Positions 36,297 through 47,066 of a DNA stretch of 64,000 nucleotides are shown here, in pieces. The position numbers and the translations under genes were made by a program. The notes beneath the pieces are model-generated. The model made no database searches. It worked only from the letters and a program-made list of their open reading frames with translations, and had not been told where the DNA came from. Each line of letters begins with the position of its first letter. Within the stretch, counting starts at the first letter, position 1. Where the stretch lies: UHGV virus genome UHGV-1362809; one strand, 5' to 3'. This DNA comes from a virus.

Positions 36297-36859
36297 TTTT
36301 TACCTCTTATATGATTAATCAATTTTTGCAGCCTAATAGATGTATCCACTTTATACTTGGTTTGGATACTTGAGGCTTTAGATGCAAATTTAGATAAATC
36401 TAATGTATTGGTGGTAACATAATCTAACAAGTTTCTTTCTATAAAAGTTTCCCAACCTTTACTGTATACAGCTCTTCCACGGCAAACATCATAATAAATA
36501 GATTGATTAGTAAATAGACATGCCTTTAATAAATTGTCTACTTTTATTTCAAATCCATAGTCCGTCAAATTTTTAGACTGGTCTAAATACCACAAATCAT
36601 ATTTATTAATACCGTCTGAAAAGCGTGTACCACCAAAGTTATTTACAGTAGTGGAATACTTAGATAGTAGCCAATTTATAGAAGCCTTATCTTTACACTC
36701 TATAACTAAGTCTAAGTCTACATATTTTTTACCTGTAAGAATAGAGGTAACACAGTCTCCATACATATATACGTTGGTACAGTATTTTGTAAGATACCTT
36801 ATAAAGTCTATGCTACAAGTACGGCACATAAGAGAGTTCCAATTTTGAAGAATCTTCAT
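36293..36859 (-). CDS. hypothetical protein
   Basis: 188-aa ORF. Confidence 0.4.
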   Translation of the reverse strand: MKILQNWNSLMCRTCSIDFIRYLTKYCTNVYMYGDCVTSILTGKKYVDLDLVIECKDKASINWLLSKYSTTVNNFGGTRFSDGINKYDLWYLDQSKNLTDYGFEIKVDNLLKACLFTNQSIYYDVCRGRAVYSKGWETFIERNLLDYVTTNTLDLSKFASKASSIQTKYKVDTSIRLQKLINHIRGKK

Positions 36860-37878
36860 TCGCAGTCCTTTATTATTTTGGAAGGTTTTAATGAATTAGA
36901 ACAACATAATGATAAATAAGGACATTCCTCATTACCGAAATATCCTTTTTTCATATACACTTCCCAATCCTTACGACACTTACAAGGTCTATATTTTAGT
37001 ATCTTTTTAAGATATTTATCGTCCTTAGTCTTAGCGTACTTTTCTACATACTTTCTTCCTGTGCAAGCACGTTCGATAGTAGCTAATCTAAAATCATACA
37101 TTTCCTTTGTCCAAGGAAACACAAAAGCCTTAAAATAATATGTGTCTTTCTTTTTAGGACATTCTCTACTAACATAAATAATAGAGTATTCATCAAAATT
37201 TATATTGTACAGGAGTTTAGCCATCACGCAATAAGCTTCAATTTGACCATAGTGCTTAGAATAGGGTAGATACTTCATCTGCCACTTATTAAACAAATAA
37301 CCTGTTCCTGTAGTCTTGTATTCAAACCCGCACCATTTGTGACGATATTTAGAACTATTATAATCCTTTTGAAGCTCCCTACAAAACGTGCGAGCCTTAT
37401 CAGGAGGTAGTTTTAAAAAATTACCTTTGGAATCACAAGGGTAGCAAGCCATCATATCTTGATGTCCCGATAAACCTTTATAGTTATAGGCAACTTCCAC
37501 ATAATTAAGTAGCTTATGTCCACACTCGCATTTACGAGGTCTAAAGCACATATTATACTCTTTACCACAAATAGGACATTTCCAAGAACCAAATACATAT
37601 CTACCCAGTTCTCCCATACCGCACATATTTTGCAAATTTTCATGTACAGCAGTTCCTATATGACAATAAAAATTTAGGTCGTACCCTTCTTCTCCTGGAG
37701 CGTCAACAATTATTGACTGCAAATCCTGTATAGGACAATAGGGAAGACTTGATGTTCTAAACTCGTGACGAGGCGATGTCGGATAACTAACTGCTATTGC
37801 GGATTTAATCATCCTATCTACAAAGTGTTCTGGTTTAAACATTGTTATCCTTATTTTGTTTTTCCCATTGGTTAGCAC
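36856..37878 (-). CDS. Cys-rich hypothetical protein
   Basis: 340 aa, CPICGKEYNMCFRPRKCECGH and further Cys clusters. Confidence 0.4.
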   Translation of the reverse strand: MLTNGKNKIRITMFKPEHFVDRMIKSAIAVSYPTSPRHEFRTSSLPYCPIQDLQSIIVDAPGEEGYDLNFYCHIGTAVHENLQNMCGMGELGRYVFGSWKCPICGKEYNMCFRPRKCECGHKLLNYVEVAYNYKGLSGHQDMMACYPCDSKGNFLKLPPDKARTFCRELQKDYNSSKYRHKWCGFEYKTTGTGYLFNKWQMKYLPYSKHYGQIEAYCVMAKLLYNINFDEYSIIYVSRECPKKKDTYYFKAFVFPWTKEMYDFRLATIERACTGRKYVEKYAKTKDDKYLKKILKYRPCKCRKDWEVYMKKGYFGNEECPYLSLCCSNSLKPSKIIKDCE

Positions 37879-38026
37879 TACCTTCTATAATTCTGTACGC
37901 ACAGTAAGGAAGGGTGAGAACAAAAACTGTACACATTAGAACTACAACGTATATACATATACAAAGAGCCATAAGATATGCTATAATATTGATGAATGTT
38001 TTATATAGTGTATTTTTTACAGCCAT
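37835..38026 (-). CDS. small putative membrane protein
   Basis: 63 aa with a hydrophobic stretch. Confidence 0.25.
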   Translation of the reverse strand: MAVKNTLYKTFINIIAYLMALCICIYVVVLMCTVFVLTLPYCAYRIIEGSANQWEKQNKDNNV

Positions 38027-38577
38027 TAGAAGTCCAAGTCCAATTTATTTTCAATACGCTTTATTATATTCGTATATTTTCCATTTTCATTGTGATTCAT
38101 ATAATAGCTATGCACTTGTCTTAATGTATTTTCATTATCCACATTGTTTATAAAATCAAGAATATCTTTCAAATTGGATAAATCTTCTTTAGGCAAAGGC
38201 ATACTGTCAACAATATCAGAATCATATTCCTTTTTTACGGATTGAACATCATCAGAAAATTCATCATCTTCATAGGTTTCTAATTTATCTTGTTTGTAAT
38301 CGTCTTCTACTTCTAAGTCTTTGTCGAAACTATCAGAAATATAGTCGTCTTCAGCATCGTCAAAATCATCGTCAAAGTCGTCCTCTGCACAAAGCTCATC
38401 AGGATAAACGTCGTCATCAATACTAACTTCTTCATCTTTATCTAACATCGTAGCCAAGGCTTGGCACAAAACATCAGTCAACGTATCAAGCTTTTTGAGA
38501 TGTGTAAGACCAACTATAAGTGCGATTGTTTGCAAAACAACCACAAACATCAAAGTAATATCTAAATCTAAATACAT
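38026..38577 (-). CDS. acidic protein with N-terminal transmembrane helix
   Basis: FVVVLQTIALIVGL followed by a DDFDDDFDDAEDD-rich region. Confidence 0.4.
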   Translation of the reverse strand: MYLDLDITLMFVVVLQTIALIVGLTHLKKLDTLTDVLCQALATMLDKDEEVSIDDDVYPDELCAEDDFDDDFDDAEDDYISDSFDKDLEVEDDYKQDKLETYEDDEFSDDVQSVKKEYDSDIVDSMPLPKEDLSNLKDILDFINNVDNENTLRQVHSYYMNHNENGKYTNIIKRIENKLDLDF

Positions 38578-38789
38578 TTTTAACTCCTAAAAAATACAAG
38601 TCAACTAATGTATATTTACACCATCGAAAAATTCATAATATTGGAAATTTCAAGACAAAAAATACCCCGCCAAAGGGGGGGTGCCGCGCAATGGGGGGGT
38701 TTATTATCCGAACAAAGAGAGGATATACGTGGATAAAATCCACGGCAATGCAAGACATAGAAATAGGCGTTTTAAAAGAAGAGTTACAT

Positions 38790-39214
38790 TGTTCTGTTTT
38801 GAACCAGTAGGAATTATTGTTCTTTAGAACAATTTTCCGAATGGTTCTTCTTAGAACATTTAAACAATAGGAAATATATTAAACATATATAAGCAACTAA
38901 CTTAACGGAGTTAAGTTAGTTGATAGTCCCCAAAGGGGACTTTCTACTATATTTAATTTCATCAATTTAACTGGTTTGGAATTATATAAAGAATCAATAG
39001 GATTAAGAATCAATAGGAACCAAAAGTGTCTTATATAGTAAATTGGACTAACTGTTCTTTAGAACAAATTTGTCCAAGAATATTTATTAAACTAGAATAT
39101 GTATTTGTTCAGTAAGATTCAAACTATCTAATTGTTCAAATATGTCTTTAGACTAAATTGAACAGGAAATATAATTAAAAACATGTTCCAATGGACTGTA
39201 TTGTTCTTTAGAAC
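38790..39214. repeat. cluster of palindromic GTTCTTTAGAAC sites (3 perfect, 2 variant) in a non-coding region
   Basis: Perfect copies at 38819-38830, 39054-39065, 39203-39214. Variants GTTCTGTTTTGAAC (38790-38803) and GTTCTTCTTAGAAC (38844-38857). Confidence 0.7.
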
Positions 39215-41112
39215 GAATTAGTCAAATAGGACTTAGTAGATCAAATGTATTTTAGTAACTCTTTAGTATGTCTGTATTGGGTCGCTAACGCCTTAGCTCC
39301 ACGCCCCCGAAAAACGAGTTTTTCTCCTCTACATCTTGGCTTTGAGCGACTCCAAAACCATTATTTTTAGTAGATTTTCTGCCGTTTTTAAAGACACTGC
39401 CCCTATCTGCGCCGCCTCTTCCCTTCCAATTCTCTGTAAAGATGAAAAATCGGTCAACTATTCTGTACTAAAGAGTTATGAATGTTGTTTTTCACCAATG
39501 TTGCAAAGGCGTTACTTTGCCGCCTTATACGAGGTGGGTGTTTTAAGGGGAGAGACGCCCATTGGTGTATGTGCAAGTACACCGCCAGGAACGTATATCG
39601 CTATACGCTGCGCAAAAAGGGTTTCCCAGATTTCCTAAACTATACAATAGATTGGATTATTGTAATTTGCACTACGACAGGGGCATTAACAGGCTGTTTG
39701 GTGTTTATCCCAAAGTAAGGCGGTCCGGCGGTACCTTACAAAAACTGCTCATCCATTTTTACATAGACGCTATATACGATATGGTGTCTTCAATCATATC
39801 GCAAAAACAAGTTGCCAAGCATCCTAATGCCAGTTCAGCTCGGCACGTTCTCTGTGTATAACCAAATACACAAACCCGAATATATTTGTATGTTCCTCAC
39901 CTGTTTTCACAGGATTACCTTCTTCGTGCGGGTAGATAAATAGTTATTTTCTACTTATAGGAGGTTTTTAACTACGGGTAAGGTTCTCTTAATATAGCAT
40001 GTATTTTACGAGATTTATAAAAGGGATTTAAAAAATTGTACAAGGTTTTATTTGCTTGAAGTACAGTGGAGGAGAGCTTTCTTCACGTTTTTTATTCCAA
40101 TCCGCTACTACAAAGTTCCATATATACGACACAACAATAGTTTTCTGTGTACTTTTTTAAATATATTAGAAATATGACCTATATTAAGTGCTACTTGAGA
40201 AAGTCTGTACATCTCTTTTCTTCTGCCTGACCTACTACGTTGTAACTATTCCGCATAGGTATTAGAGGTTGCTTCGCCGTCCCCCAATTTGGTGTATCTG
40301 TACTGTGTAAAAATACATTGTTAGGCATTATGCTTGACTCATTATAAACAAACTCAGTGTTTTACTCCAGCGTTTAACCCTTCGCTAATCCATTTAACGA
40401 TTTTTACGTCGCTTTGTTTACATGTAATCTCACATTAGTTTTGTGAATCCACCTTTATTATTTCAGCCGCTCAGTACGTCCCTGGCAAACAAAGTATCTG
40501 CTCCGTCGACGCCTGGCGATATGGTTTTTATTATCTATTAAATTTTAATATCAGAGAAGAGCTATCGCTCAACCCCAAAGTTTATATATCCATATAATAA
40601 TGTTATCTGCCTTATTCAGGACTTTCCGCCATACTCGGTTGACAGTAACCTAATTTAATTAGGCTCATCTCTGGTTCTATGTATGTATACTATAAATTCT
40701 CGTGACGTTTGATTGCTTAGTTATAGCCCGTTATACAACAATATAATATATCATCATATATTAGGCTAGCCTTACGGTACAACCAACGATTATGCTGTTT
40801 TCCTGTCCGATTATCAGCCGCCGTCATAAAATTTATAGCCGAAATCAATCACGCTTCGTACCATTTTATTATGAGATGTATTTAATGGTAGTTACCGTTG
40901 CCGTAGAATAAATAATTCCTTGAAGCACACGTACATCCAACACTGGACATATTGTACAACGTACAACAGCTGTTCGTATTGCAGATATATCTCGTATAGT
41001 ATCTTAGCCTAAAACATATTTTTAAGGATTTAAAAATACTACCAGTAGAGATAACTCTGCTCAAACCGATTGTAGCTACAAAGCTAAATCTTTGCACCTA
41101 AAATTGGTCTGA

Positions 41113-41138
41113 GGGTTGGTGATAAATGTCACCAACCC
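41113..41138 (-). terminator. hairpin downstream of minus-strand gene 41174..41818 (weak T-run)
   Basis: GGGTTGGTGA..TCACCAACCC stem. Confidence 0.3.
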
Positions 41139-41173
41139 ATAATATAAATTATTTACACCACTAATATAAATTA

Positions 41174-41818
41174 TTATTCGTCATACAGTCCATATCGAGT
41201 AAGTATATCAATCCATTTAAACGCTTTTCGTTTGTTGAAGCACAATGACAGTTGTAGATCTTCTACCTTATTGAAATACTGATGGGCATTTGGCATAAGA
41301 CTAAAATCTGTTGTTAAACAATGGCATCTTTCATCGTTTAGAGGTCCGAATCTTATATCGTCGCACACTGTAATTACTCTCTTGCCCAACATATATGATT
41401 CATCAGTTATCGTTTTGATTATATCGGGAGCTCTAACGCCTTTTTTATCAAACATTAAAACCCAACCACGAGAAAATGCTTTATTTAAAAATGCGTCTAT
41501 TTCTTGTCGATTATAACCAGTAATCCAACTGTCCATTACTCCGATTATTTGTATCTTATCCTCTTGACACTTAAAGATGTTAGGTAATACATCCAGCTGA
41601 GAAACTTTATTCTTTTTTATGTATGGAAATAAGTCTATTACAACAATAATTTCTTTGTTACGATCTACCCATTTCACCGTTTGGACATTAGAAGTACGAA
41701 TGTCCATGTTTCTATCTAACATCCAACCAGTAATCATACAGGTCTTAATTTTCTGATCCAGTGTTAGTTTGTTATATCCTTTTTGTTTACTTATCAAAAC
41801 TGGTTTTCTGTTCGTCAT
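41174..41818 (-). CDS. hypothetical protein
   Basis: 214-aa ORF. Confidence 0.4.
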   Translation of the reverse strand: MTNRKPVLISKQKGYNKLTLDQKIKTCMITGWMLDRNMDIRTSNVQTVKWVDRNKEIIVVIDLFPYIKKNKVSQLDVLPNIFKCQEDKIQIIGVMDSWITGYNRQEIDAFLNKAFSRGWVLMFDKKGVRAPDIIKTITDESYMLGKRVITVCDDIRFGPLNDERCHCLTTDFSLMPNAHQYFNKVEDLQLSLCFNKRKAFKWIDILTRYGLYDE

Positions 41819-42622
41819 CTAAAACCTACAATCAAAAAAGTTTCCACATTTAACTAATCTAACTACATTTAGATTCTTTTTTAGTTTTATAGCTTTATAT
41901 CTATTTTCCAGTTGCTCCTTTGGTATTTGGTAGTTTTTTATGACGTAATTTACAACCTTTTTCCATTTATTATATTTGTTTAGAACTTGCACTATTGGCT
42001 TTCTTCTAATTCTATACATTAAAGTAGGTATGTTATCGGATGGATCCCCAAAAAGGCACTTATACCAAACAATTTTGTACCATTTATCTACCCCGTATTT
42101 AGCAACTAAATCCTTTTTTGTTATGTACTGCAGCTTATTTATATGTAGGATTTTTGTGTCTTTGTTTTTTATTTGGTAGATATCTTGGTCTGAACAACAA
42201 ATATGACAAATATTGCCCTTTTGTCTAATTTTATAGACTAACGTAGCAATAGCATCATCAGCTTCCTCGCCTTGGCAAAAAACACTGATATGTTTCTTAA
42301 TTAAGGATTCTCCTATTATTTTAACAGGATTAATAGGAAGTGGTTTTCTTTGTTCCTTATATCCACCTCCCAGTAATTCATTTTTGTTAGACCTTCCTGC
42401 ATCTAAAACAAGAACAATAGGGAGCTTTGTTATTTCATATATAAGGTTAAGTTTAGACTTAGCCTGTTTTATTAACATATCTGCAGGGGGTTGTATTTCT
42501 CCATCCCATCTCTTGTTAAGTATAAATACACATCTATAATATATAGAATATGCCAGAGCTGAAAAGTCTACCAAGGTGCAGCTTTCAACTTCAACATCTC
42601 CCGTAGAAAACTTTATTTTCAT
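41819..42622 (-). CDS. 5'-3' exonuclease / flap endonuclease (T4 RNase H-like)
   Basis: IVLVLDAGRSNKNELLGGGYKEQRKP (vFDg...fR...YKanR) and CCSDQDIYQI (sxDkDlxQL). Confidence 0.55.
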   Translation of the reverse strand: MKIKFSTGDVEVESCTLVDFSALAYSIYYRCVFILNKRWDGEIQPPADMLIKQAKSKLNLIYEITKLPIVLVLDAGRSNKNELLGGGYKEQRKPLPINPVKIIGESLIKKHISVFCQGEEADDAIATLVYKIRQKGNICHICCSDQDIYQIKNKDTKILHINKLQYITKKDLVAKYGVDKWYKIVWYKCLFGDPSDNIPTLMYRIRRKPIVQVLNKYNKWKKVVNYVIKNYQIPKEQLENRYKAIKLKKNLNVVRLVKCGNFFDCRF

Positions 42623-42984
42623 TACTGAACTCGATTAGCAATATCTTTTCTTACTGCTTCAGCACCCTTTACAATAGCAGCATATTCTTCCATAATATCG
42701 TCTACTACCATTGTCATTACTTCAACAGCCTTTTTGTCAGGGGATTTTTCTAATAATTTTACTGTTCCTTCTCTAACATTTTGTAAGTATTCTTCCGCAT
42801 TATTGGCAAAATACTTATCGTATAGACATAGATGCATTAACAAAGTTTTGACCATCGTGTTGTTCATAGCTGTGCTAACCTGTTGGATCAAGTAGGCTTC
42901 TGTTGCCTTTTCTTTTAATTCCTTATCCATTTTAAATTGTCCTTTTTTGAATTTCCCAAATTTTGTATAAATAATGTATCTCAA
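42622..42984 (-). CDS. hypothetical protein
   Basis: 120-aa ORF. Confidence 0.35.
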   Translation of the reverse strand: MRYIIYTKFGKFKKGQFKMDKELKEKATEAYLIQQVSTAMNNTMVKTLLMHLCLYDKYFANNAEEYLQNVREGTVKLLEKSPDKKAVEVMTMVVDDIMEEYAAIVKGAEAVRKDIANRVQ

Positions 42985-43591
42985 ATACTTTGAACTCGTA
43001 TTCTGTACACAATTTATTTACACTATCCCATTTATTACTCGATGCCTCCTTACACACTTGTAAGAAGTTTTTATTATTTAAACTGTTTAGTAAATCCTTA
43101 AACTGTTTTACTCCTTTGCCTCTTTTAGGCATAAATTTTTGTAAGCTTTGACACACCTTAGAATAATTATGGCTTTTAAAAAGGTATTTTAGTATTATTG
43201 CCTGTAGTTCAGACCTCCTTTCTTGGTCTAACGTGGGTTTATACAAAACTTTGTTTAGTATTGATAGGAAACTTCCTTTTACAGCAGTATTTATCTGTTG
43301 TTGCACAAGATCTATATTTTGACTGCCTTCCCATTCTGGTACTTTTTGTTTTATCTGTTCTATTCTATGTATTATGCAGCAGTTGTATTTTACTAGATTT
43401 TCATCTATATCGAATAGGATTACTTTTCCTTTGAACCATTGTAAAAAGTCCATATTTCTATTTAGAGTTCTCACACCATTCACTAAATAAATTTTGTACT
43501 TATTACCGTCTGCACGTCCAAGTATTTTACAATCTTTCAACTGTTGGCTTGCCCAGTAGCTACTAAAATTACTTGTTCCATATAATTGCAT
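42932..43591 (-). CDS. hypothetical protein
   Basis: 219-aa ORF. Confidence 0.35.
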   Translation of the reverse strand: MQLYGTSNFSSYWASQQLKDCKILGRADGNKYKIYLVNGVRTLNRNMDFLQWFKGKVILFDIDENLVKYNCCIIHRIEQIKQKVPEWEGSQNIDLVQQQINTAVKGSFLSILNKVLYKPTLDQERRSELQAIILKYLFKSHNYSKVCQSLQKFMPKRGKGVKQFKDLLNSLNNKNFLQVCKEASSNKWDSVNKLCTEYEFKVFEIHYLYKIWEIQKRTI

Positions 43592-45802
43592 TTAATCCTC
43601 CACCAACTTACTTATACCTTTTTTCTTAATTACCATATACTCTTTAGATCCTTCAATCCATAATGTTTTTTTATCTAAGGGAGTTATAATAACTACTTTA
43701 GGAATAAGCGTTTTAAGCTGTGGTATAAATTCGTTGCATAATTTTTCCCTAAACTTTTTAGATAAACCACTTTCCATTTCGTCTAATATAACAGTATCAG
43801 TTCTATACTTTTCAGGAATAAAACTAATTAGAGTAAGTACGCATAACAACTGAAAAGCTCTTGACTGCGCCCCAGATAAAGTAGCCACGTCAGCTATTCG
43901 CTTATCTCTTTCTGCCAATATGTTGAAATTATTTTCATCCACTTTTATACTAAACTTAATGGGTTCAGGAAATATAAGAGAACTATATAAATTTAGCTGA
44001 TTGCAAAATAGATTAGCAATATTTTCAATTTGTTGTATTCTAATGCCCTTTGTGCTATAAGCCTTAATCAATACCTCGTACAAATCAGCATTAGATATAT
44101 CTAATTGTTCTTTTTCCTGTTGAACCTGTTTTATATTAGACTTTAGACTTTTATTTTGTTGAATTACAGCCTTTAATTTTCCTACTTTTTCATTTAGTTT
44201 AGAGACTTTAGAGGAATTTTTTGTAATCCATCCATTGATTTTTGGGTACTTGGAAGTATCTATATCTATTTGCTGCAGTTGTCTTAGACTTGTATAATTA
44301 GATCTAAAATACTCTAACTGCTCGCTATATTCTTTTTTAAACTTCTGATACTTAGAATACTCTATCGGCTGTATATACTCGTACTTTTTTAGGTTTTTAA
44401 TTTGTTGTTTGTTCTGTTCAGACTTAATAATTTTTTCAATTTTAGAATCTAACTTATCTAATTTTGTTTCGTATTCGTCAATTTTTTGTAGTAGCTGGTT
44501 CTTATCCAACTGCGGTTTTTCTACTTTGTTGTACCAAATGTCAATATACTGATCTTGATCCTCATACTTCGACAGTTTATCTATTTCCTGTTGGGCATGT
44601 TGGATCATTACTTTCCAGTGCTTAGTATCTATAACTGACCCACAAGTAGGACACTCCTTAATATCTTTTAGTTTATTAGCTTTTTGAACAATTTGTTCAT
44701 CTAAGGATATTCTTTTAAGAAGTTTTTTATAGGATAACTTAGCCTCGTCCAATCCATTTTTAAACTTCGAGGATAAATTTTCATCAGCCTTTTTCCATCT
44801 TTGATACTTTAGTACCGCATCATCGTACTCTTTTATTTTGGCTTTTAGGTTTTGTATCTCCTTTTGATACTGACTTCTTTTATCCTTGTACCAATTTACC
44901 CCTTTATCGTCTTCTACAATATCTTGTTGCAGCTTTTGTTTTTGTTGAACATACTCCTCGTACTTTTCATTATTAGCTTCAATCTTTAAACCTTTTTCTA
45001 TCTTAGATTCACATTGTTCTATTCTACTTTGTAAATCCTCAATGTTTTGTTTGCAAGCTTTAATATCTTTTTCTTTTATTGTCTCGTACAAAGTCTGGTA
45101 CTGATTATAAGTAGATAAATACTGTGTATATTTTAGATTTAACTTGTTATACTTAGAGGACTTTTCTTTTAATTCGTAATAGTCCTTTTTATCTACATCT
45201 TGTACATTGGATTGCAAAGCTTTTATATTTTCTTCTAAAGAATCATACTTCAGCTTATTAGATTTAACTGTGGAGTATTTTTCTTTTAACGCACTTTGTA
45301 TGTAGTCATACCATTGAAGCTCGAAGAAATTTATAAAAAATTCCTTTCTTTGAGGTCCTGTTCCAAATAACAATGGATGCGCACTGCTTCTGTATGCGTT
45401 TAAGTATACAGTTGTGTAAAATTGTTCTGCGCTAAGGGGAAAAATAGTAGAAATTTTATCGGTAGCCTCTGTAATTGTATGAAGTGCCAAATCATTCTCA
45501 TTTTGACTTATTTTGTACGCAACAGATTTCCCTTTACTAAACTGGCTAATCTTATAATTTGTTTTACCATTATCTAGATCAATAGTTATGTTTCCATCTT
45601 TATCAAACATTTGTTTAGCATTATTTTTCTTTGTAGATAATGGAGGAGTAGCATATAGTACGTTGGCAAGTGTGTTTAGGATAAGACTTTTTCCACTTCC
45701 ATTTTCACCTCTAATTATACTTACTCCTTTACTAAACTTAAATTCAGTATCCTTATGGGTGATTATGTTGTGCAGTTTTATACCGTTAAATTTAATTTTC
45801 AT
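43592..45802 (-). CDS. Rad50/SbcC-like recombination ATPase (gp46-like)
   Basis: Walker A RGENGSGKSLILNTL; long coiled coil; zinc hook CPTCGS; signature LSGAQSRAF; Walker B VILDEMESGL. Confidence 0.65.
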   Translation of the reverse strand: MKIKFNGIKLHNIITHKDTEFKFSKGVSIIRGENGSGKSLILNTLANVLYATPPLSTKKNNAKQMFDKDGNITIDLDNGKTNYKISQFSKGKSVAYKISQNENDLALHTITEATDKISTIFPLSAEQFYTTVYLNAYRSSAHPLLFGTGPQRKEFFINFFELQWYDYIQSALKEKYSTVKSNKLKYDSLEENIKALQSNVQDVDKKDYYELKEKSSKYNKLNLKYTQYLSTYNQYQTLYETIKEKDIKACKQNIEDLQSRIEQCESKIEKGLKIEANNEKYEEYVQQKQKLQQDIVEDDKGVNWYKDKRSQYQKEIQNLKAKIKEYDDAVLKYQRWKKADENLSSKFKNGLDEAKLSYKKLLKRISLDEQIVQKANKLKDIKECPTCGSVIDTKHWKVMIQHAQQEIDKLSKYEDQDQYIDIWYNKVEKPQLDKNQLLQKIDEYETKLDKLDSKIEKIIKSEQNKQQIKNLKKYEYIQPIEYSKYQKFKKEYSEQLEYFRSNYTSLRQLQQIDIDTSKYPKINGWITKNSSKVSKLNEKVGKLKAVIQQNKSLKSNIKQVQQEKEQLDISNADLYEVLIKAYSTKGIRIQQIENIANLFCNQLNLYSSLIFPEPIKFSIKVDENNFNILAERDKRIADVATLSGAQSRAFQLLCVLTLISFIPEKYRTDTVILDEMESGLSKKFREKLCNEFIPQLKTLIPKVVIITPLDKKTLWIEGSKEYMVIKKKGISKLVED

Positions 45803-46326
45803 TATATAGTCTCTGGTTTAGACGCTAATTTTAATACTTCTACTAAGCTTTTAATAGCCCATGATGCTTGGTCAATATCATTTATAATCAAGTCACTTAT
45901 TTCTAATATAACATCTAACTGACTTGTAATTAACTCGGAATCATCTAAGACGGAGCAAATAGCACTGTCTCTTTCACTATTTGTTTTGTACGCACCAAGT
46001 TCTGCTCTATATTGTATTCTTAAATAATTTATTAAGGACTCTCTATATTGTTCAATACTTTGCTGAGTTCTATAACAAATCATTTTTATTTCTACGCATC
46101 TACTACGGTATGCTTGGTTTTGTATAAGAGCATCAACAATCTTAGATTGCGCATTATGTAAAACGTCCTTTTTAGTAAGTAGACGTATATTGCGAGTAGC
46201 ATGCATACGGTCTAGTTCTTCCATGTATTTAGACGTATCAATGGAAAAATCGCCTTCCGTTATTCTTCGGTTGAACTTTTTGACCTTTGGGTCTGCCGAC
46301 AACTTTTTAAGAATTATACTACCCAT
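45802..46326 (-). CDS. hypothetical protein
   Basis: 174-aa ORF. Confidence 0.35.
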   Translation of the reverse strand: MGSIILKKLSADPKVKKFNRRITEGDFSIDTSKYMEELDRMHATRNIRLLTKKDVLHNAQSKIVDALIQNQAYRSRCVEIKMICYRTQQSIEQYRESLINYLRIQYRAELGAYKTNSERDSAICSVLDDSELITSQLDVILEISDLIINDIDQASWAIKSLVEVLKLASKPETI

Positions 46327-47066
46327 TTATTCTTTCCTCCGCAATACCATAATAATCTTTGTTTATTTCAATACCTATGAATTTACGATTTAGGTTTTTG
46401 CAAGCTACTCCTGTACTTCCTGACCCCATAAAAGGATCTAACACAGTATCGCCTTTATTAGTCCATATATTAACGCATCTTTCCATTAATGCAACTGGCT
46501 TTTGTGTTGGGTGTTGTACACGTTCAGGACTCCAAGGCACTATGGGAGGTATGTCACTCCATACATTACTTAATGCTCTATACTTACATCCATTCTTTAT
46601 ACCCATTCCACCAGTCTTTTTAACTATATTGGACGGTATTTTATTATAAGTATAGGAGGTTTCCCTTTACAAACCATAGTAAGTCCTCTCTTGTACTTAC
46701 TAAATTCGTTTTGGCACCCCTGCCTTTTATTCTGTCATAGATAATCCAGTTTTTGAGGATAAACTTTTTGTTGGAATGTATAACATTGCACACGTTAGAC
46801 CATCCTTGGAATATAAGTAAATTTCCACAGGGCTTAAGTATCTTATAGAATAATTTATACAATGTACTCCAATCTAAACTTGTTTTATCCCAACTTTCAT
46901 TATTATAACCAATTTCATAAGGAGGATCTGTTATTATAGCGTCTACTTTAATACCCTGTTTTATTAAATACTTTAGTTTTGTTATACAATCCTCGTTGTA
47001 CAGGTTATTCTTCCTCATTTTCTTCCATCCACAACAAGACTTTAGACATATACAAATGATACTCAT
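46319..47066 (-). CDS. second beta-class DNA methyltransferase, also frameshifted between motif IV and motif I (ORFs 46644..47066 and 46319..46606)
   Basis: ITDPPYEIGY upstream, DPFMGSGSTGVACKNLNRKFIGIE downstream; paralogue of 1439..2235 (FIGIEL/FIGIEI, QKPVAL conserved); TAA stop then a frame change. Confidence 0.6.

Noticed and set aside
39279-39352. 74-nt element with a 7-bp terminal stem and T at position 8, tRNA-like at first glance
   Set aside because: No D-loop GG and no GTTC(R)A T-loop, and a T-arm cannot be formed. Not called as a tRNA.
39336-39861. Three overlapping plus-strand ORFs, one per frame
   Set aside because: GC-rich non-coding DNA lacks stop codons in all frames. The peptides have no protein-like composition. 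Treated as a candidate ncRNA island instead.
40882-41097. Minus-strand 71-aa Cys-rich ORF in the intergenic control region
   Set aside because: No RBS. It sits in a region with terminator and promoter signals. Composition is consistent with a random AT-rich ORF.
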